Assembly: GCF_009914755.1 (NCBI RefSeq)
Contig: NC_060930.1
Strand: one strand, 5' to 3'
DNA: 64,000 nt
Source of the DNA: the human T2T-CHM13v2.0 reference genome, Homo sapiens
In this document: piece after piece, positions 61,230 through 64,000 of the stretch
Layout of the letters: the number at the start of each line of letters is the position of its first letter
How positions within the stretch are numbered: the stretch's first letter is position 1
Notes under the pieces: generated by a model
Databases searched by the model: none
Told to the model about the DNA's origin: nothing
Seen by the model: only the letters and a program-made list of their open reading frames with translations
Program-made: the position numbers and the translations under genes

Positions 61230-62582
61230 AAGGACTTTTTAAAATAGCACTTTCAGGTTCACAGCAAAGTTGAGAGGAGGATAGAGAGATACCCCATATA
61301 GTCCCAGCCCCAGATATGCATAGTATCCTCCACTATTAGTATCCTCCACTAGAGTGGCGTATTTGTTGCAATTGATGAACCTACACTGACGCAATATCAT
61401 TATCGTCCAAAGTCCATAGTCTACCCTAGGGTTTATTCTTGGTGATGTACATTCTTTGGGTTTGGACAAATGTATAATGACATGTATCTGTCATTATAGT
61501 AACATTCAGAGTACTTCCACTGCCCTAAAAATCCTCTGTGCTTTGTTTATTCATCCCTACCTCCCCTCTAATCTCTTGGCAACTACTGATGTTTTTACTA
61601 TTTCCATAGTTTTTAGCTTTCCAGAATGTCATGTAATTGGAATCATACTGTAGCCTTTTCAGATTGGCTTCTTTCACTATCTTCTTTCACTTTCTTCCAT
61701 GTCTTTTCATGGCTTGATAGCTCATTTCTTTTTAGCACTGAACAGTATTCCACTGTCTACATGCCTGTGGTGAGCTGCATGTACTGTAGTTTATCCATTC
61801 ACCCACTGAAGGACTTCTTCGTTATTTCCAACGTTTGTCCATTATGAATAAAACTTCTGTAATCATCCATGTTCAGGACTTTATGTGGCATAATTTTTCA
61901 ACTCTTTTAGGTATATACCAAGGAGAAAAATTGCTGGATTATATGGTAAGAACGTGTTTAGTTTTGTAAGAAAACACCAAAATGTCTCCCAAGTGGCTGT
62001 TTCATTTTGTATTCCAGCAGCAATGAATGAGAGTTCTTGTTGATCCACATTCTCACCAGTATTTGGGTTGTCAATGTTCTGAATTTGGGCCATTCTCATA
62101 GATATGCAGTGGTATCTCAATGTTTTAATTTGCATTTCCCTGATGACATATGATGTGAAGTATCTTTTCATATGCTTATTTGCCATCTGTACATCTTTGG
62201 TGAGGTCTTCAGCCCATCTTTTAATCAGGTTGTTTTCTAATTGTTGAGGTTTGAGTTCATTGTGTAATTTGGATAAGCATTCTTTATTAGATATGTCTTT
62301 TGTAAATATTTTCTTCCATTCTGGGGCTTGATTTTTCAGTCTCTTGACAGTGTTTTTCTCAGAGCAGAAATTTTTAATTTTAAATGAAGTCCAGCACATC
62401 AATTCTTCCTTTCATGACTTTGGCATCTTACCTAAAAAGTAATTGCCAAACCCAAAGTCATCTAGATTTTTCCCCCATGTTATTTGTAAGAGTTTTATAG
62501 TTTTGAATTTTACATTTAGGTCTGTGATCCTTTGAGTTAGTTTTTTTTTTGAAGAATGTGAGGTCTGGGTCTGGATTCATTC
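61230..62582 (-). mobile_element. L1MC1-like 3' portion
   Basis: 'caattgatgaacctacactgac...ccaaagtccatagt'; minus ORF remnant 'KIKNFCSEK...[12 protein letters not shown]...YNPAIFLLGIY'. Confidence 0.88.
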
Positions 62583-63297
62583 TCCATTATCTTTTATAGT
62601 TAATTAATCTCCAAGTATCTCTGAGAAACTATTCAAATGTGTTTTATTTCTGCCATTTCTTCTGTCACTGAAATCCTCCCTGTTGTAAATCACATGTCAC
62701 AAAATATGGAAAACACACCTTAAAACATTATAAACATAGACATACTATTCTCATTCTCAATGGGGAATGAAATATCCTAAGACAGGCATTTGCTCAAATA
62801 TGGATTCTATTGGGATTTCTGGCCTATGAACCTTCTCTATTGTTATAAACAAAATAAGAGAAGAAAAGCAGTATTTCTTTGACTTATCTCTGACTTGAGA
62901 AAAAATAAAAAGATTTAAAGAGAGCAAGATAAAGTTGGGGGAGGAGGAGAGGATTAGAGAAGAAATAGCCTTACACATATCATCACAATCTTGTTCCCAT
63001 TTACAAGGTCACAGGAGGTAGGCTTCAGTCCAGAGTATTCCTTACTCATTTATAATCTAAGACAGATAGCCAGAAAAATAGAGTAGCTTTGGAAATAATT
63101 GAGTCACTATAATGGGCACCAAATTTTTTTTTATTATTTTTTCCTTTAAGTTTTCCAAATTATGTTTTGTCAGTTGGACTATAATGATTGTCAAGGGCAT
63201 TTAGTGATGGTTTTAATGAAGTATCTTCAAGACAGTGGAAATCTTTCATATATGTACAGTATGTTTCCTGAATACCATTAACTGTCTTATTGCCTTA

Positions 63298-64000
63298 CAT
63301 TTATCATTCAATGAATACTTATTAACCACCTACTTTGGGTCAGGCACTATGTGTGATACTGTGTAAGGCAGTGATAAATAATACAGACAGGGATCTTCAG
63401 TCTGGTTAGGGAATGAGATAATAAACATCGAAATATGTAAATAATTATGTAAGTACAAACTGAGAAGAATGCTAAATATCAAATTAGTAAGGAAGAATAG
63501 GCAGAAATAACTTTGAAGACATAGCATTGAAAGTGTGATGGGAGTGATAAAAAGCCATGTGAGAAGGATTTGTAGAGAGAACATTCCCACCAACAAGAAC
63601 AGTTTTGCACTGTTCCTAAGACAGGATGTATGTAATGAACCAAAAGGAGCTCAATTCAGCTTCAGCATAGTGAGAAAGGGAGAGAAGAGAGATTATATTA
63701 CAGAGGTTGTCAGGGAGCTATGATCCAGGGTCTTTAGGTTAGGTGGGTGATATGAGTATCACCCTAAGTACAAGGAGGAACCAGGAAAACTTTTAAATCA
63801 TATCATAGCAACCCCAAAACTCAGGCACAGTGGAAGGACCACTTTGAGGTAGAAGGAAGGACATCCTTGTATTTAGGGGAAAAGAAAGGGACCAGAGTCC
63901 CTTTGCTATTTGTGGACTTGCTGATGGAATGCCTTTTGAAGCTCCCTTTGGATAGCTGCTACCTTCTTAAATCAATGAAATAAAGTCACCAGCTGATATT
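63298..64000 (-). mobile_element. L2 remnant(s)
   Basis: 'cattcaatgaatacttattaaccacctactttgggtcaggcact' is an antisense L2 3' end. Confidence 0.75.

Noticed and set aside
61881-62402. 173-aa minus-strand ORF
   Set aside because: Degenerate L1 ORF2 C-terminus

Overview
Primate (AluY, THE1 and L1PA present, so catarrhine/human-like) AT-rich intergenic or deep-intronic DNA dominated by retrotransposon remnants. It contains a near-full-length and a 5'-truncated L1MA2-like LINE, several L1PA/L1PB/L1MC/L1MD/L1ME fragments, 12 Alus, a complete THE1B provirus, solo LTRs (THE1D, MLT1, MLT2, MER31, MER61, LTR16), and L2/MIR/MER5 fragments. I can support no host protein-coding gene; the ORFs I can assign are L1, Alu or MaLR derivatives. 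Subfamily names come from recalled consensus motifs and are approximate. The structure not explained by ordinary transposition is a set of locally templated, mostly inverted duplications. The largest is a ~715-bp inverted repeat of apparently unique sequence (59166-59881 / 60466-61180). Its left arm was pasted into an MLT2 LTR, and its core is almost identical between arms while the flanks have diverged. Smaller templated scars occur at ~6.2, 8.4, 21.4, 39.8, 52.4 and 56.1 kb, and there is a young 212-bp tandem duplication in a THE1D LTR. None of these is shown to be functional from sequence alone.
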